From Methanosphaera stadtmanae DSM 3091 (lineage in GTDB: Archaea; Methanobacteriota; Methanobacteria; Methanobacteriales; Methanobacteriaceae), in contig NC_007681.1 of assembly GCF_000012545.1 (NCBI RefSeq), forward strand, positions 1,620,001 to 1,652,000: 32,000 bases of DNA. Direction: 5' to 3'. A program made the position numbers and the translations under genes. The notes under the pieces were generated by a model, which ran no database searches, was not told the origin of the DNA, and saw nothing but the letters and a program-made list of their open reading frames with translations. Below, in pieces: positions 18,652 through 29,791 of the stretch. Positions within the stretch are counted from its first letter, which is position 1; every line of letters begins with the position of its first letter.

Positions 18652-19941
18652 CTAGAACATTTTCAGTATTCCAGGTACCATTCCATAAATAATAAGTACT
18701 ACAAGTATCACAATAAAAAGACTGCTTATATACCTAGTTATGTGTTCTACTGTATTATCATTCAACTCATGGTGTGATATGAAATTTAATATCCAATTAA
18801 ATCTTCTACTTATCCAACATCTAATACAACCAGGGAGAAACTTAGTGTATTTATTCAATGTTTGATTGAATTCCAATCTCCTATCAGGACGTATCTTCAT
18901 TTTAAGTATTTCTTCTAAGATTAATCCACCATCTAATGGTTTCATTGGAAGAAGATTAAATGTTCCCACAGCAAAGTTTAGGAAAAATATTAGATAAAAT
19001 ATTTCCTCTAATTTAGATAACACTAATGGCAATAACGTTCCATACTTCTTTTTAGCCACTGGTTCAATTATTTCATGCTGTTTTGCTCTAATACCAATAT
19101 AGGATTTTGAACTATTATTAGGACTTTGACTAGCAGTTATATTATATGTTCCAGTATCTGTTGTAATGGATAAATTATCACCAATATGCATACCACTCAA
19201 CGCCCTTGTATATGATGAAGTATTAGTTACAACATCACCATTAATCTTGTGTATAACCATACCTTCAGAGAGTATTGATTGAGAGGGACTTCCTGCCACC
19301 ACACTACTTATCTCCATACCATCTGTTGTATAAATATTTTCTGATGCTAGAAAACCACCAATACCAGCAGTAATTACTAGTGCTATTAAACATAAACCTA
19401 AATTAAACATTGGTCCTGCAAAATACACCCGTAGTTTACTTATTCCATTTGCCCTTTCAAGTTCATCAGGATTTGGTTCTACAAATGCTCCAGGTATTAT
19501 TGCAAGTAGTAGTAAACCTACAGAATCTATTGATATTCCCTCAACCCTTGCAAGTATTCCATGACCTCCCTCATGTATTACAAGTACTGTTGCAAGGGCA
19601 ACAAGTCCCGTTGTAAAGGGTATGTATATGGGAGAACCTGGAATATCAACCCCTGGAAGTATTAGAGAAACTGTTGGTGTCTTAAACATCAATTGCAGTG
19701 ACCATATAAGTGTTATTACCATCAATATTAGAAAGAAGATTCCAATAGGCATTCCAATATTCAAGTAGGCCTTCCACAGACGTGGACATCTATTTGCAAT
19801 TCTATCAAGTACTCCCTTTAGTCTCTCAGTTTTAAGCATTAAAACTATTCCTTCCATGGTTATGTTGAATTTATCCTTTAGTAGAAATGCCAGTATCCAT
19901 ACTACTATAAATCCAATTACATAATACCATAAAACATTCAT
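18652..19941 (-). CDS. Site-2 protease family (peptidase M50) intramembrane metalloprotease with an inserted PDZ domain
   Basis: It has an HEGGHGILAR (HExxH) motif in a TM helix, a second motif FNLLPMKPLDGG, and a PDZ-like stretch (GSPSQSILSEGMVIHKINGDVV) between TM blocks. The SD is AAGGAG, and the gene starts 18 nt after the purL stop. Confidence 0.9.
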   Translation of the reverse strand: MNVLWYYVIGFIVVWILAFLLKDKFNITMEGIVLMLKTERLKGVLDRIANRCPRLWKAYLNIGMPIGIFFLILMVITLIWSLQLMFKTPTVSLILPGVDIPGSPIYIPFTTGLVALATVLVIHEGGHGILARVEGISIDSVGLLLLAIIPGAFVEPNPDELERANGISKLRVYFAGPMFNLGLCLIALVITAGIGGFLASENIYTTDGMEISSVVAGSPSQSILSEGMVIHKINGDVVTNTSSYTRALSGMHIGDNLSITTDTGTYNITASQSPNNSSKSYIGIRAKQHEIIEPVAKKKYGTLLPLVLSKLEEIFYLIFFLNFAVGTFNLLPMKPLDGGLILEEILKMKIRPDRRLEFNQTLNKYTKFLPGCIRCWISRRFNWILNFISHHELNDNTVEHITRYISSLFIVILVVLIIYGMVPGILKMF

Positions 19942-19959
19942 AGAATATACTCCTTAATG

Positions 19960-22131
19960 TTATGCCATTTGTTTTTCTATTGTTGTTGTATTTTCTTTAG
20001 TTATTTTTTCAACACTACAATCTACCAGTACATCATTGTCATTAGATATTTTGAATCCATCACTACATACACTACCTATAACAGAGTATGCTACGTTATT
20101 TTTAGATAATGCTTCTTCTATAGTAGTAAGTGCATCTTCTTTTACTGTTATAATAAACCTACTATTTGATTCAGAATATAATTTATCATCTTGTGATAAT
20201 TCTGTTGTAGATGGTATGTTACTTATATTAACATTTACTCCTTTTTTAGATTTAATACTCATTAGAGCCAATGCTATTATAAGTCCTCCTTTTGATATAT
20301 CATGTACTGAGGTTATGTTATCGTTATATTTAGGAATTAATTTCTCAATTGTGGTTGATACATTATAATTTTCTTCTAATCTTATTTTTGGTGGATAACC
20401 TTGTACCACGTTATGTATATGTTTGTAGTACTGTGAACCATCAAGTTCAGGATAGGTATTTCCCACCACCAATATAACATCACCATCATCTTTTAATGTC
20501 ATTGTTTTAATCTTAGTATTTTCAACTACACCTACAGTTCCAACTATTGGTGATGGATTTACTGTTACTCCTTCTGTTTCATTGTAGAAACTTACATTTC
20601 CACTTATAAATGGTGTGTTAAATTTACCTGCAACATCACTCATACCACTTACAGCTTCTTTAAATTGCCAGAACACTTCTGGTTTTTCTGGATTTCCAAA
20701 GTTTAAACAATCGACTAATGCTATTGGTCTTGCACCCATACTTATTGCATTGTTTATTGATTCAAGTACTGCTGATGCTGCTCCATCATATGGATTTAAT
20801 AGTACATGTGTACTGTTACAGTCAGTACCTATTGTAAATGATGTTTCATCATCTACTTTTATTACTGCTGCATCATCACCTGGTTTTACTATTGTTCTTA
20901 GTTGTACCTCATGATCATACTGACTATATACCCATTCTTTACTTGTAATATTTTCAGATGATAATAATTTATATAATGCCTCTTCTACATCAACTTCAGG
21001 TATTTCTACATCTTCTATTATTTTTTCTGGCTCTTTTGCTTCTCTTTCTATTATTGGTGCTTCTGTAAAGAGAATATTTGGTGCATGACATATTTCTTCT
21101 TCATCATCTTTTATAATAAATTCTCTTTTATCAATAATATTTCCAATTATTGCATGGGCAAGGTCATGTTTTTTACATATTTCAAATGCCTTTTCTACAT
21201 CAGATGAATCTATTGCAAATACCATACGTTCTTGTGATTCTGATAACATGATTTCATATGGTGTCATGTTTTCTTCTCGTAGAGGTATTTTATTCAAGTC
21301 AATTAATGAACCATTACCACCCTTATCTGCCATTTCTGATAGACAACAGGTAAGTCCTCCTCCACCTAGATCTTTTACTCCATGAATATCAAGTGTTTCA
21401 AGTAGTTCATATGTTGCTTCCATTACACGTTTTTTAGTAAATGGATCTGCAACTTGTACTGCTGGCCTATCCTCTACTTCAGAATTACTTGTTAATTCTT
21501 CAGATGCAAATGTTACACCATGTATTCCATCACGACCAGTTGTTCCACCCATAAGAAGATACACATCTCCTACTATTGGTGCACTTCCATATACTATTTC
21601 ATCTTTTTTTACAAGTCCAGCACAGACAACATTTACCATTGGATTATATTGGAAGTTATCATCAAATTCTATTTCTCCACCAACTGTTGGTACTCCTATT
21701 CTATTACCATAGTCTGAAATTCCTTTAACAACATAATCAAATATGTATTTTGATCGTTGATTTGACATATGTCCAAATCTAAGTGCATCAAGAAGTACCA
21801 CTGGTTTTGCACCCATACTTATAATATCTCTTACTATTCCACCAATTCCAGTTCCTGCACCACCATACGGTTCTACTGCAGATGGATGATTATGACTTTC
21901 CATACCTATAGCCAGAGCATATTCATCAGTTAGACTTACTATTCCTGCATCATCCCCCGGACCTAATATTACATCAGGCCCATCTGTTGGGAAGTTTCTA
22001 AGAATGGGTTTACTACTTTTATAGGAACAATGTTCTGAAAACATTACATCCATCATTCCCAATTCTAATTCATTAGGCTTTCTTCCTAATACTTCTTCTA
22101 TATATTTTAATTCATCATCTGTTAAAACCAT
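19960..22131 (-). CDS. purL: Phosphoribosylformylglycinamidine synthase subunit PurL (FGAM synthase II)
   Basis: It carries [34 protein letters not shown] and a duplicated AIR-synthase-like fold. I prefer ATG 22131 ([23 protein letters not shown]). The track ORF starts at TTG 22143, 12 nt further upstream. Confidence 0.95.
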
Positions 22132-22156
22132 AAACTCATACAACCTATAAATTTTT

Positions 22157-25100
22157 TTATTCTTTTATTAATATTTTAAGTTGTTCTTCTTCTATTTTCC
22201 ATTCTTTTACATACCCATCATCAACAATAGTTTCAAATTCTAGTTTATCAGTACGTACTTCATTTGAAATATATTCTTGATGAGCAATTACTGCATCTTT
22301 AAAGTCATTACTACATTCTACTGTTACATGAATATTTGCTTCCACATTTAAATCTAAATCTTTACGCATATCCTGTATACGACGAATAAGTTCCCTTGCC
22401 ATTGCTTCTGAGTAGATTTCTGGTGTTAGTTCTGTATTTACATATACACTTCCATTTTCAAAGTCACAACTTACAAGATTTTCTGGTACTTCTTTTTCAA
22501 AGAGTATTTCCTCTTCAACAAGTGTTATATCCTTATCACCTAGTGTTACTACATATTCACCATTTTCTTGTAGTTGTTGTTGTACTTTAGCACCATCAAC
22601 ATCATCAGATTCAAAGTATTTTTTAACTCTTCCAAGATCTCCCCTAAGTTTTGGTCCTAGTATTGACATATTTGGTTTTGCAATTATTATTGCATTTTCT
22701 AGTTGTGATTCTATTATTATATCCTTAGTATTTGCTTGTTCTAAAAGTACACTTTTAAGTGAGGATATTGCTTCTTTTACACCATCATCTTCAGTCACTA
22801 CTGTTATATTTTGTACAGGCCATCTTAGTTTAAATCTTGCAACATCCCTTGCATGAGCACTTGCCTCTAATATATCTCTTATGTATTTCATATTTTCTTC
22901 TAGTTTTGTATCGATTTTTTCACTAGAATATGTCCAGTCAAGCATGTGCACACTCTCTGGTGCATCTTCCTCAACTCCTCTTACGAGGTTTTGATAGATT
23001 TCTTCTGTTACATGAGGTGATATTGGTGCAAGTACCATTATTAAGTTTTTAAGAGTGTAGTATAATGTGTAGTATGCTCCTAATTTATCAGGATCATCAC
23101 TTTCTACCCATGTTCTTCCACGTATAAGTCTTACATACCAACGACTTAAGTCTTCTAGTATGAAGTCTGTTATTTTTTCTGTTGCTCTGTTAAATACTAG
23201 TGATTCTATATCTTCACCCACAGATTTAATCAATGAATTTATACGTGATTCAATCCATAAATCTTCTTCACGGAATATTAAGTCATCCCTATTATGTTTT
23301 GTTGGATTAAAGTTATCCAAGCTCATATATGTTGTTGCAAAGTAGTATACATTCCATAGTATGTTAAATAGTTTTGATGAATTTTGTACTTCATCCCAGT
23401 GGAATTTAAGATCATCCCATGGTTTATTTGCATCAAGTAAATAGAATCTTAGTACATCTGCCCCATATTTTTCTATTACTTCCTCTGGACTTACAACATT
23501 TCCAAGGGATTTACTCATTTTCTTACCATCTTCATCAAGGGTAAATCCATGCATTAAAACCTTTTTATATGGTGCTTTTCCAAATGCTGCTACTCCAAGA
23601 CCTAGTTGTGAATAGAACCATCCTCTTGTCTGGTCATGTCCTTCTGTTATAAAGTCATATGGGAACCATTCATCGAAGTTTTCTGATGGGTTTTGTGGAT
23701 AATGAAGTGCTGCCCATCCTGCAACTCCCGAATCTATCCATACATCTAATACATCAGGTACTCTATGCATTGTACTTCCACATTCACATGGTATTGTTAT
23801 ATTATCAACATGTGGTCTGTGTACAAAGTCACCTTCTAGTGTATCATCACCAGATAATGTTTTAAGTTCTTCTTTTGAACCGATTACTACTTTACTACCA
23901 CAATCAGAACATGTCCATATTGGAAGAGGTATTCCCCAATATCTTTGTCTGGATATAGTCCAATCTCTAGCATTTTCAACCCAATTTCTGAATCTACTTT
24001 CTCCAGCCCATGATGGTACCCATTCTACAGAATCTACTTGTTCAAGCATTTGATCTTTAATTTGTGTTACTTTAATAAACCATTGTTTTGTTGCAATGTA
24101 GATAATTGGTGTTTTACATCTCCAACAGAAACCTACTCTATGATCTATTGTTCCATAGTTAAGTAGAGCATTTGCATGTTCTAATTCATGAGTTATTCTA
24201 TCATTTGCTTCATGTATTTCTAATCCTTCATACACTCCTGCATCAGAGGTGTAACATCCATCTTCCCCTACTGGACAGAATGGTTCTAATCCATTTTTTA
24301 CACCTACTTCATAGTCCTCTGGACCATGACCTGGTGCTGTATGTACACATCCTGTACCTTCCTCTAGTGTTACATGAGTACCAAGTATTATTTTATGATT
24401 ATGAGTTGATTGGTATGGTATGTTTTGACTTAATGGATGAATATATTCAAGTCCTTTAAGTGTTTCTCCTTTTAGAGTTTTTAGAATTGTTTTTTCAGTC
24501 TCACCAAATATTGATTCTATAAGTGCATCTGCTACTATAAATATTTCATCAGAATCAAGTTTATCATTATGTACTTTTACATAACTATAATCAAAGTCTG
24601 GATGAATACTTACAGCCAGGTTTGCTGGTATTGTCCATGGTGTTGTTGTCCATATGAGTACATATGATGGTATATCATATTCTTGTTTTTTAAGTTTGAA
24701 TTTTACATAGATTGATGGATCTTGTTTATCACCATACTCAATTTCTGCATTTGCAAGTGCTGTTTGACAATGTGGACACCATGTTATTACACGTTTATCC
24801 TGTGTTAACAAGTCCCTTTTATCTGCTTGTTTTAATGTCCACCAACAAGATTCCATATATCCATTATCATATGTTACATATGGATCTTGCCAGTCCATCC
24901 ACACACCCATTTGCTTAAATTGTTGAGTCATATCTTCTTTGTTTTTAATTGCAAATTCTTTACATTTTTCTACAAAGTTATCTATACCATACTTTTCTTC
25001 TATTTCTTGTTTACTTTTAATATCAAGTAATTCTTCCACCTTATGTTCTATTGGAAGACCATGAGTATCCCATCCTGCTTGTCTTCTTAAAGAGTATCCA

Positions 25101-25324
25101 TTCATACTTTTATATCTTAAAAAAGAGTCTTTAATGGTTTTATTCCATGCTGTTCCAAGATGTATTCTTCCACTACAGTATGGCGGTCCATCAAGAAATG
25201 AATATTTTGGTCTGTTTTCTCTTTGTTTACTTGTTTTATTATATATATCATTTTCTTGCCAAAATGATTGTATTTTCTTTTCTAAATCCTTATTATACCC
25301 CTGTTCTACCTCATCTATTGGCAT
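22157..25324 (-). CDS. ileS: Isoleucine--tRNA ligase
   Basis: The HIGH-class motif is [16 protein letters not shown] and the KMSKS motif is [15 protein letters not shown]1 editing domain is present and Zn-binding Cys pairs are WCPHCQTAL and CWRCKTP. At 1055 aa it is the archaeal/eukaryal-type length. The SD is AAGGAGA. Confidence 0.97.
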
Positions 25325-25549
25325 ACAGTATCTCCTTTATAGTTTTTTATGGAATTATTCATAGAGTTTATGGTTTTTATTAATGAATAGATTCCCTTAA
25401 TTTATACTGTTATATTTTATAACATTATATTCATTTATATATTTGTCATTACTAACAATTAATATATTAGGTTTTCAAATACATCACACCAATATTTTAA
25501 TAAAAATATATAAAAATATATACAACAACATAACAAGGATGTTTTTAAT

Positions 25550-26335
25550 TTGAAATATTTAATTATTAATGGTAGTCCAAGACATGGACATACATGGGAA
25601 ATTGTAACTAGAGTAAAAAATACATTAAGTACCACCGATACAAATACAACTTTTACACATGTAGAATTAATTGATGAAAATATACCATATTGTAGAGGAT
25701 GTTTTAGTTGTTTTGAAAATGGAGAAGACAGTTGTCCTGATAGTGATAAAATTGGACCTATTGTAGATAAGATACGAGAATGTGATGGGCTTATTATTAC
25801 AAGTCCTGTTTATGCACTGCATATAACAGCACTTCTTAAAAACTTCATTGATCATGTTGCATATCTTTATCATAGACCTGAATTCTTTACAAAAAAAGCA
25901 CTTATTATTTCCACCACTGCTGGTATGGGCCATAAAAAGGTTGGAAAGTTTCTTGATGAAACACTACGTAACTGGGGATTTAATGAAAGATTTAAGTTAT
26001 GTCTTATTGATGTGCATGATACAAATGGATATCTTCCACTTAATATTAAAGAAAAGATTGATAAAACAACACTTAAATTCTACAATAGTATAGAATCTAA
26101 AAAATTAAAAAGTCCCTCAATGAATGCATTGTTTATGTATAATATGTGGAGGGCAATGGCTTATAACAATCACATACCATGTGATCATGATTTCTGGGTT
26201 GAAAATGACTTAATAAATCATGAATATCATCCAAGTATACCATGTAGTTTTATTAAAAAGATGCCATGTAAAATATTCTATAAATTAATGCTTGGATTTC
26301 TAAGTAAAAATAGTGTTAAAAAAGAAGAAGTTTAG
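25550..26335 (+). CDS. Iron-sulfur flavoprotein (Isf)-like flavodoxin-fold / NADPH-dependent FMN reductase family protein, 261 aa
   Basis: The N-terminus [11 protein letters not shown] is followed by a compact Cys motif C48-x2-C51-x2-C54-x7-C62 ([17 protein letters not shown]) at the position of the Isf [4Fe-4S] site, then GLIITSPVY. It uses a TTG start with AAGGA about 10 nt upstream. It has a C-terminal extension of about 60 aa relative to the roughly 200-aa Isf size I remember. Confidence 0.72.
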   Translation: MKYLIINGSPRHGHTWEIVTRVKNTLSTTDTNTTFTHVELIDENIPYCRGCFSCFENGEDSCPDSDKIGPIVDKIRECDGLIITSPVYALHITALLKNFIDHVAYLYHRPEFFTKKALIISTTAGMGHKKVGKFLDETLRNWGFNERFKLCLIDVHDTNGYLPLNIKEKIDKTTLKFYNSIESKKLKSPSMNALFMYNMWRAMAYNNHIPCDHDFWVENDLINHEYHPSIPCSFIKKMPCKIFYKLMLGFLSKNSVKKEEV

Positions 26336-27555
26336 AAGGTTCTTAATTTTCCTTCTAACATAAATTCTTTAATGTCTGTAATGTTTTCTAACCATTTATT
26401 TATGATTCTTGTTACATCTTCTTCTACATCATTAATTGAATATCCTTCTTCTGTTTGAATATGTGCTGTTGCTGTTCTTGGTTGATCTATAGGTTTTCCT
26501 ATTTGACTTAATATAATCATATCTATACTTTTTACACCTTCAACATCACTTACTACTTCTCTTGTAATTTCATTGGATAATAAGTTATATATCTTTCCAA
26601 CGTGATTTATTGGATTTTTACCAGATGTTGCTTCCATGGACATTGGCCTATTTGGTGTGATTAAACCATTTGCTCTGTTTCCTCTTCCTACAGAACCATC
26701 ATCCCCCATTTCTGCACTTGTTCCTGTTACTGTTAAGTAGTAACCAGATTCATCTTTCTTAGTTTCATCATCAGCAGTATTTATTAATGTTTTAACTGAA
26801 AGATCTGTTTCTTTTGCTGCTAAGTCATTTACAATATTTTTAAGTTCATCTTTCATATTAAGGTATGCATCTACATCATCAACATATTTAGATACAAATG
26901 CTGCTGCAATAGTAAGGGTGATATCTTCTTTTTCACGTAAACCCATTACTTTTATATCTTCTCCTACAAATGGATATTGTTTTTTAAAGTCTTTACTATT
27001 TAGTAATTCCTCTGTTTTAAGTACAAGATTTTCTGTTTGTGAAAATGGTGCATATCCTACTCCAAATGATGTGTCATTTGAGGATGGTATTGTATTTGGT
27101 CTTTGGAAAACATCACGTAAATCTGCAGAACCTTGACCTATTTTACATTCTACTACTGTTCCATATTCAACATCAAGATTTATAATAGTATCTTGGAGGA
27201 ATTTTTTTGCAGCTTCTATAGCTATTGTATCCACACCAATCTTTTTTGTTTCTCCACTTGGTAGTGTAAATTCATTTGCTGCTCTTCCTGTAAGTAGAAT
27301 TTGTATAGGTTTTATTATTTGTCCTCCACCAAATTTAGGATCTGATTCACCAGCAGTTATTTGAACTTCATCAGTATTATGGTGTAAAACGTGCCCTGCT
27401 TTTTCTTTGTATGTCTGTGATAATACTCTACTTACTGCTTCTGCAATCCCATCACTTATACTGTCTGGATGACCTATACCTTTTCTTTCTACTACTTCTA
27501 TCTCATTTTGTTCTATTGGTCTTTGTACTGCCTTTTCTATTTTTATATTACGCAT
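26332..27555 (-). CDS. metK: Archaeal-type S-adenosylmethionine synthetase (methionine adenosyltransferase)
   Basis: It has the N-terminus [21 protein letters not shown] and [41 protein letters not shown], both typical of the archaeal MAT family. The length is 407 aa. The SD is GAGGTG. Confidence 0.95.
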   Translation of the reverse strand: MRNIKIEKAVQRPIEQNEIEVVERKGIGHPDSISDGIAEAVSRVLSQTYKEKAGHVLHHNTDEVQITAGESDPKFGGGQIIKPIQILLTGRAANEFTLPSGETKKIGVDTIAIEAAKKFLQDTIINLDVEYGTVVECKIGQGSADLRDVFQRPNTIPSSNDTSFGVGYAPFSQTENLVLKTEELLNSKDFKKQYPFVGEDIKVMGLREKEDITLTIAAAFVSKYVDDVDAYLNMKDELKNIVNDLAAKETDLSVKTLINTADDETKKDESGYYLTVTGTSAEMGDDGSVGRGNRANGLITPNRPMSMEATSGKNPINHVGKIYNLLSNEITREVVSDVEGVKSIDMIILSQIGKPIDQPRTATAHIQTEEGYSINDVEEDVTRIINKWLENITDIKEFMLEGKLRTF

Positions 27556-27819
27556 TAGTACACCTCTATTTCAAGTTAAAATAAATTAATCATAGCTTAT
27601 TAAAGTTATTTTATGCCCAGTCTAATTTTTTTATTTAAAAAAAAACTTGTTAAATATAATATATTATATTTCATTACTAAATATTTAATATTTCTTTTAA
27701 ATTTCATTGACAAAGCAACAAAAATACTTTCTCAAGCCACAAACACTACAAAAATATTATGTAAAAAAATTATAAATAAATATAAACTATGTAAAAACAA
27801 TAAATAAAATAATAAAAAT

Positions 27820-28182
27820 ATGTACAAACTATTAATATATAATAAAAATACTATACAAAGTATAAATATAAACTATGCATCAAATTATATAAAACGATTG
27901 AAGGGCCTAATGCTACAAAAAAAATTCAATGGACTACTCTACAAACAAAAGTATGAAAATAGATACTACTCCACAATACACACTTTTTTCATGAAAGTAG
28001 AAATAGATATAATATATCTAGATAAAAAACAACAGCTACAAGAAATAACAACACTAAAACCAAATAAAATACATATACCACAAAAAAATAATACAAGATA
28101 CATAATAGAACTATTCCCAAAAACCATAAAAAAATACAAAATAAGACAAAAAACAAAATTAAAAATAATAAAAATAACATAA
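27820..28182 (+). CDS. DUF192 (COG1430) family protein, 120 aa
   Basis: The pattern RLKGLM....NGLLY.......IHTFFMKVEIDIIYLDKK...........P..........RYIIEL fits the DUF192 signature (R..GLM, H.....f.iDviflD, yvlE). No SD is recognisable. Confidence 0.6.
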   Translation: MYKLLIYNKNTIQSININYASNYIKRLKGLMLQKKFNGLLYKQKYENRYYSTIHTFFMKVEIDIIYLDKKQQLQEITTLKPNKIHIPQKNNTRYIIELFPKTIKKYKIRQKTKLKIIKIT

Positions 28183-28218
28183 TACATAAACAATCAAAAA
28201 AAAAGTAAAGAATAAAAC

Positions 28219-29079
28219 ATGAAATTTAATAAACCCAAAATAAACACACAAAAAACAACAATACAAGCAAAAAGTAAAATACAAACAGCAATGAACACAA
28301 CCCGCAACAAACTAAATATGGGAACATTTAATCCAGATGCATTTACAATAGAACACCTAACAATAAAAGACAGACGAATACCTAAAAAATTCAACAACTA
28401 CACCCTAGTCCACCTAACAGATATACATCTGGGCCAATGGATAAACAAAACAAAACTAGATGGAATAGTTCAATTAACAAACAACCAAAATCCAGATACA
28501 ATACTACTAACAGGAGACTATCTATCATATCAAACAAAAAATTACCTCAAAGAACTGGAAACAAGCCTTAAAAAACTCAATCCAAAGGACAAAACAATAT
28601 CAGTACTTGGAAATCATGACCACTGGATGGATGCAAAAAAAGTAAAAGAAGCTCTAAACAATGCAAATATAATAAATCTTGAAAATGATGTCTATCCACT
28701 ACAAAAACAAAATAAAACACTGCAAATAGCAGGAGTAGACAGTATAACATTACATAAAGACGATATAGAAAAGGTAAAGGAAAAACTAGAAAAAAATACG
28801 CCAGCTATAATGCTAGCACATGAACCAGACTTTGCAGATACAACAAGTAAACTCCCACAATTCATACTACAACTATCAGGACATAGTCATGGAGGACAAA
28901 TAACACTACCCCACATTGGAACACCAATAAGAGGTAAAAATTTCATAAAATACCCAATAGGAAAGTATCAAATAGAAAATTTAACACAATACACAAGTCG
29001 TGGTGTGGGCACAAATGCATTCTGGATACGAATAAATTGTACTCCAGAAATAACAAAAATAACACTAAAAAGTAGATGA
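28219..29079 (+). CDS. Calcineurin-like metallophosphoesterase (YkuE/YaeI-like)
   Basis: It contains the complete motif set: LVHLTDIHLG, LLTGDYLS, GNHDHW, LAHEPD and SGHSHGGQI. The start is uncertain, with alternative in-frame ATGs at 28291 and 28318, and no SD precedes any of them. Confidence 0.85.
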   Translation: MKFNKPKINTQKTTIQAKSKIQTAMNTTRNKLNMGTFNPDAFTIEHLTIKDRRIPKKFNNYTLVHLTDIHLGQWINKTKLDGIVQLTNNQNPDTILLTGDYLSYQTKNYLKELETSLKKLNPKDKTISVLGNHDHWMDAKKVKEALNNANIINLENDVYPLQKQNKTLQIAGVDSITLHKDDIEKVKEKLEKNTPAIMLAHEPDFADTTSKLPQFILQLSGHSHGGQITLPHIGTPIRGKNFIKYPIGKYQIENLTQYTSRGVGTNAFWIRINCTPEITKITLKSR

Positions 29080-29083
29080 TTAA

Positions 29084-29791
29084 ATGAAAATATTATGGGC
29101 AATAACAGGAGCAGGACACCTACTAAAAGAAAGTATAAAAACACTAGAAAAACTATCAGAAAATAACCAAATAACAATCGTAACATCAAAAGCAGCAAAG
29201 GAAGTACTAAAACTATATGGCTACACAAAAAACATAGAAGAAATAATAGAAAAAAACAAAGAAAATCAACTAATAACAGACAAACAACAACAATACAGCT
29301 ACCCTTTATCAGGAAAACTAACACATAATAAATATGATATAATAATAATCAGTCCCACAACAGCAAATACAACAGCAAAAATAGTACATGCAATAGCAGA
29401 CACACTAATAACAAACATAGCAGCACAATCAGGAAAAGGAGAAATACCTCTAATAGTAGTACCAGTAGACCAAAAACAAGGACATATAACAACAACAATA
29501 CCACCATACATAGACAAAGAAAAATGTAAAAAATGCACCCCCTGCCCTGCCCAACGAAGTTGTCCAACAAATGCAATAATACCCCCAGAAATAAATACAA
29601 TAAAATGCATAAGCTGTAAAAAATGTAAAGAAACATGTCCTTACCATGCAATAAATACAGATAAACAAATAAAGCTCTACATAAGACAAATAGATGCCCA
29701 AAATACAAAAAAATTAGAAACAATAGAGAATATAACAACACTCTACAAAGTAGAAGATATACCAAAAGAAATAAAAAGAATTTTAGGATAA
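29084..29791 (+). CDS. HFCD/AfpA-like flavoprotein fused to a 2x[4Fe-4S] ferredoxin domain (dihydromethanopterin reductase DmrX-like)
   Basis: The N-terminus MKILWAITGAGHLL and ISPTTANTTAKIVHAIADTLITN fit the flavoprotein (HFCD) fold. Two Cys clusters follow: CKKCTPCPAQRSCP (C-x2-C-x2-C-x5-CP, an atypical spacing) and CISCKKCKETCP (canonical). Assignment to DmrX rests on domain architecture only. Confidence 0.6.
   Translation: MKILWAITGAGHLLKESIKTLEKLSENNQITIVTSKAAKEVLKLYGYTKNIEEIIEKNKENQLITDKQQQYSYPLSGKLTHNKYDIIIISPTTANTTAKIVHAIADTLITNIAAQSGKGEIPLIVVPVDQKQGHITTTIPPYIDKEKCKKCTPCPAQRSCPTNAIIPPEINTIKCISCKKCKETCPYHAINTDKQIKLYIRQIDAQNTKKLETIENITTLYKVEDIPKEIKRILG

Noticed and set aside
25550-26335. 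Possibility that the Isf-like ORF is a fusion or frameshift product because of its extra C-terminal 60 aa or so
   Set aside because: The reading frame is continuous, composition is uniform, and the extension ends exactly at the convergent metK stop. There is no sign of a second start or a frameshift. I treated it as a family variant.
27613-27807. 64-aa ORF in the metK/DUF192 intergenic region
   Set aside because: It lies in very AT-rich divergent-promoter DNA and has a K/I/L/N low-complexity product. It has no SD and no recognisable family.
27556-27819. Possible replication origin at the composition switch
   Set aside because: I could not find convincing ORB-like long inverted repeats, only short AT-rich direct repeats such as ATTTCATT(A/G)AC and TATGTAAAAA. 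There is no cdc6/orc1 gene in the window. I kept it only as one hypothesis under the composition finding.
27966-29765. Minus-strand ORFs (27966..28193, 28194..28397, 28968..29324, 29299..29610, 29349..29765, 29450..29701)
   Set aside because: They are antisense to the extremely A-rich plus-strand genes, which automatically yields long stop-free L/F/V/C-rich frames. They overlap one another in several frames, and the plus-strand genes carry complete catalytic motif sets.
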